Below, one piece after another: positions 36,618-38,019 of a DNA stretch of 38,019 nt (its first letter is position 1; the number at the start of each line of letters is the position of its first letter). A program made the position numbers and the translations under genes. The stretch is from Planctomycetota bacterium (lineage in GTDB: Bacteria; Planctomycetota; GCA-002687715; DRQF01). The stretch covers positions 48,874-86,892 of the forward strand of contig JALTLO010000019.1 in assembly GCA_027001995.1 (NCBI GenBank), given 5' to 3'. A model generated the notes under the pieces. That model saw nothing but the letters and a program-made list of their open reading frames with translations, did not search any database and had not been told where the DNA came from.

Positions 36618-37778
36618 ATGAAAACCATGAACACTTACCGCAAAGTCGGTTTCGTTGTCATCCTTGGCGCAACAATTTGCCTATCCGGCTGTCTGAAACG
36701 CAAGGAGACAATCGTTGTCAACTCAGACGGGAGCTTCGATATTCACCATCAAATCAAAGGTGATGTCGAAGACATGGAAACTGGAGCAGCCAAGTTACCT
36801 GGATCCGCGACTGGGTTTGTTGTCAAGAATTGGGTTTCCCTCAGAATCGCCGAATCGGCGAAAGGAACCGTCAATGGCCGTCCCTTGGACAGGAAGAAGA
36901 ATACTGAACACGTCCATGAAGCGACAGCTCACTTCGACAACGCTGCCATGGTTCCCACATCGTACTTGGCGTCCGGAACGCCGCTGGCAGAAGCGGCCCT
37001 ACGATTCACCACAGAACTTGAAGTCGTGGAAGAGAAAACCAGAACAATCTATCGATTCACGCGCCGCTATTTCCCACGAAAATGGGCAAATTATGACACA
37101 TTCTGGCGTCGTTCGTTCGCCCCTGACCTCCAAGAATTGATGGACAGCGACAAACTTGATTGGAAGAAACTCGATCAAGAGACGCGGCGCAGATTCGTGG
37201 CGGCCATGGTTGATTGGGAAAGGGCGAAGATTACTTTCTGGGCCACAGAGGCGCTTTCGTCTTTGAAACTGTCGCCACGGGACAGGGCGGACCTGAGAAT
37301 GAACCTCCATGCTGATCTCAAGCTCTGGACAGAGCAGGAAATGCCGGTGCAGTGGGTGAAGGAACTCATGAACCAAGGTGACGATCGAATCGAAGATGAA
37401 ACCCGCAAAGTCCATCGACGGGTCCTGGATTTCCTGTGCAAGCGCATCAAAGACTTCGCCAAAGCTCAACCCGCAGCGCTGGCCCGATTCCTTAAGTCTT
37501 ATGCTCTAGCAAGACGGGAATACGATGTCACAGAAGATCTCAATGACGAAGACTTTGTCGTCGAAGTGAAAATGCCCGGTACGATCTTGCGTCACAATGG
37601 TAGATTAGCAGGTAAGGGACTCAAGGGCTGGTCCTTCACAGACAAGAAAGTAGCCGACCGTATCCGTCGAAGCTTGTCAGGTAAGGGTATTCTGAAATGG
37701 AGCTTCAATCACAAAGATTTGCGCGACAGAATTGTTCTGTTGGAGGCTGTCTCGGTGGTGGAGAAACAACCCAGGTGA
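36618..37778 (+). CDS. Hypothetical lipoprotein
   Basis: Lipobox LSGC after a hydrophobic stretch; start likely ATG 36618 or 36627; stop overlaps the sigma factor GTG. Confidence 0.75.
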   Translation: MKTMNTYRKVGFVVILGATICLSGCLKRKETIVVNSDGSFDIHHQIKGDVEDMETGAAKLPGSATGFVVKNWVSLRIAESAKGTVNGRPLDRKKNTEHVHEATAHFDNAAMVPTSYLASGTPLAEAALRFTTELEVVEEKTRTIYRFTRRYFPRKWANYDTFWRRSFAPDLQELMDSDKLDWKKLDQETRRRFVAAMVDWERAKITFWATEALSSLKLSPRDRADLRMNLHADLKLWTEQEMPVQWVKELMNQGDDRIEDETRKVHRRVLDFLCKRIKDFAKAQPAALARFLKSYALARREYDVTEDLNDEDFVVEVKMPGTILRHNGRLAGKGLKGWSFTDKKVADRIRRSLSGKGILKWSFNHKDLRDRIVLLEAVSVVEKQPR

Positions 37779-38019
37779 CCCCTCGCGCCCAAACTGACAT
37801 AGGGCTGTTCTTGTCCGATCAGCGGCGACGTTTAGTCGCCCTCGCCTCGTCCATTCTAAATGACAGCACGGAGGCACTCGATGTCGTGCAAGACGCAATT
37901 CTCAAGTATCTGCAGCACAAGGAAACCATCGCAACCCAACACGATGCTGCTTGGCTCATAAGGGTTGTTACCAATCAATCATTAGATCTGCTGCGCAAAC
38001 GACGCCCAAGAATTAATGA
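37775..38019 (+). CDS. ECF RNA polymerase sigma-70 factor (5' part only)
   Basis: Manual translation from GTG 37775 gives ...RRLVALASSILNDSTEALDVVQDAILKY...AAWLIRVVTNQSLDLLRKRR, which is ECF region 2. Confidence 0.88.
   Translation, partial: MTPRAQTDIGLFLSDQRRRLVALASSILNDSTEALDVVQDAILKYLQHKETIATQHDAAWLIRVVTNQSLDLLRKRRPRIN

Overview
Bacterial genomic window of moderate GC. The protein repertoire (FG-GAP protein with a C-terminal 'SNG' domain, DUF1570-like peptidase, carboxypeptidase-regulatory-like protein) suggests Planctomycetota, but this is inference only. There are four blocks. (1) 1-4771 (-): a tightly coupled operon of an unknown gene, two BrxD/DUF2791-like P-loop ATPases and an Lhr-like DEAH helicase (truncated at the window edge), resembling a Shango/BREX-accessory defence module. 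(2) 5132-9758 (-): a tandem array of five two-gene cassettes. Each has a twin-arginine-leader HEAT-like protein (~160-170 aa) coupled through a TCATGA overlap to a leaderless ~84 aa two-cysteine beta-rich protein. Leader and upstream DNA are near-identical in alternating A/B types, while the mature parts diverge; this is the least explained element. (3) 10180-27147: secreted or surface proteins, including three peptidases (one a papain-like C1 enzyme with about nine tandem pYEATS-like repeats), an FG-GAP protein, a thioredoxin/HEAT protein, DinB and an orphan minimal flagellin. (4) 27234-36268 (-): a respiratory nitrate-reduction cluster (YwiC-like, tetraheme cytochrome c, NrfC-like, NrfD-like, reductive-type octaheme HAO, hypothetical, napD, napA, duplicated NapB-like lipoprotein) with no nrfA or napC/GH in the window. 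A lipoprotein and a partial ECF sigma factor end the window. All family calls come from motif recognition by eye; no searches were run.
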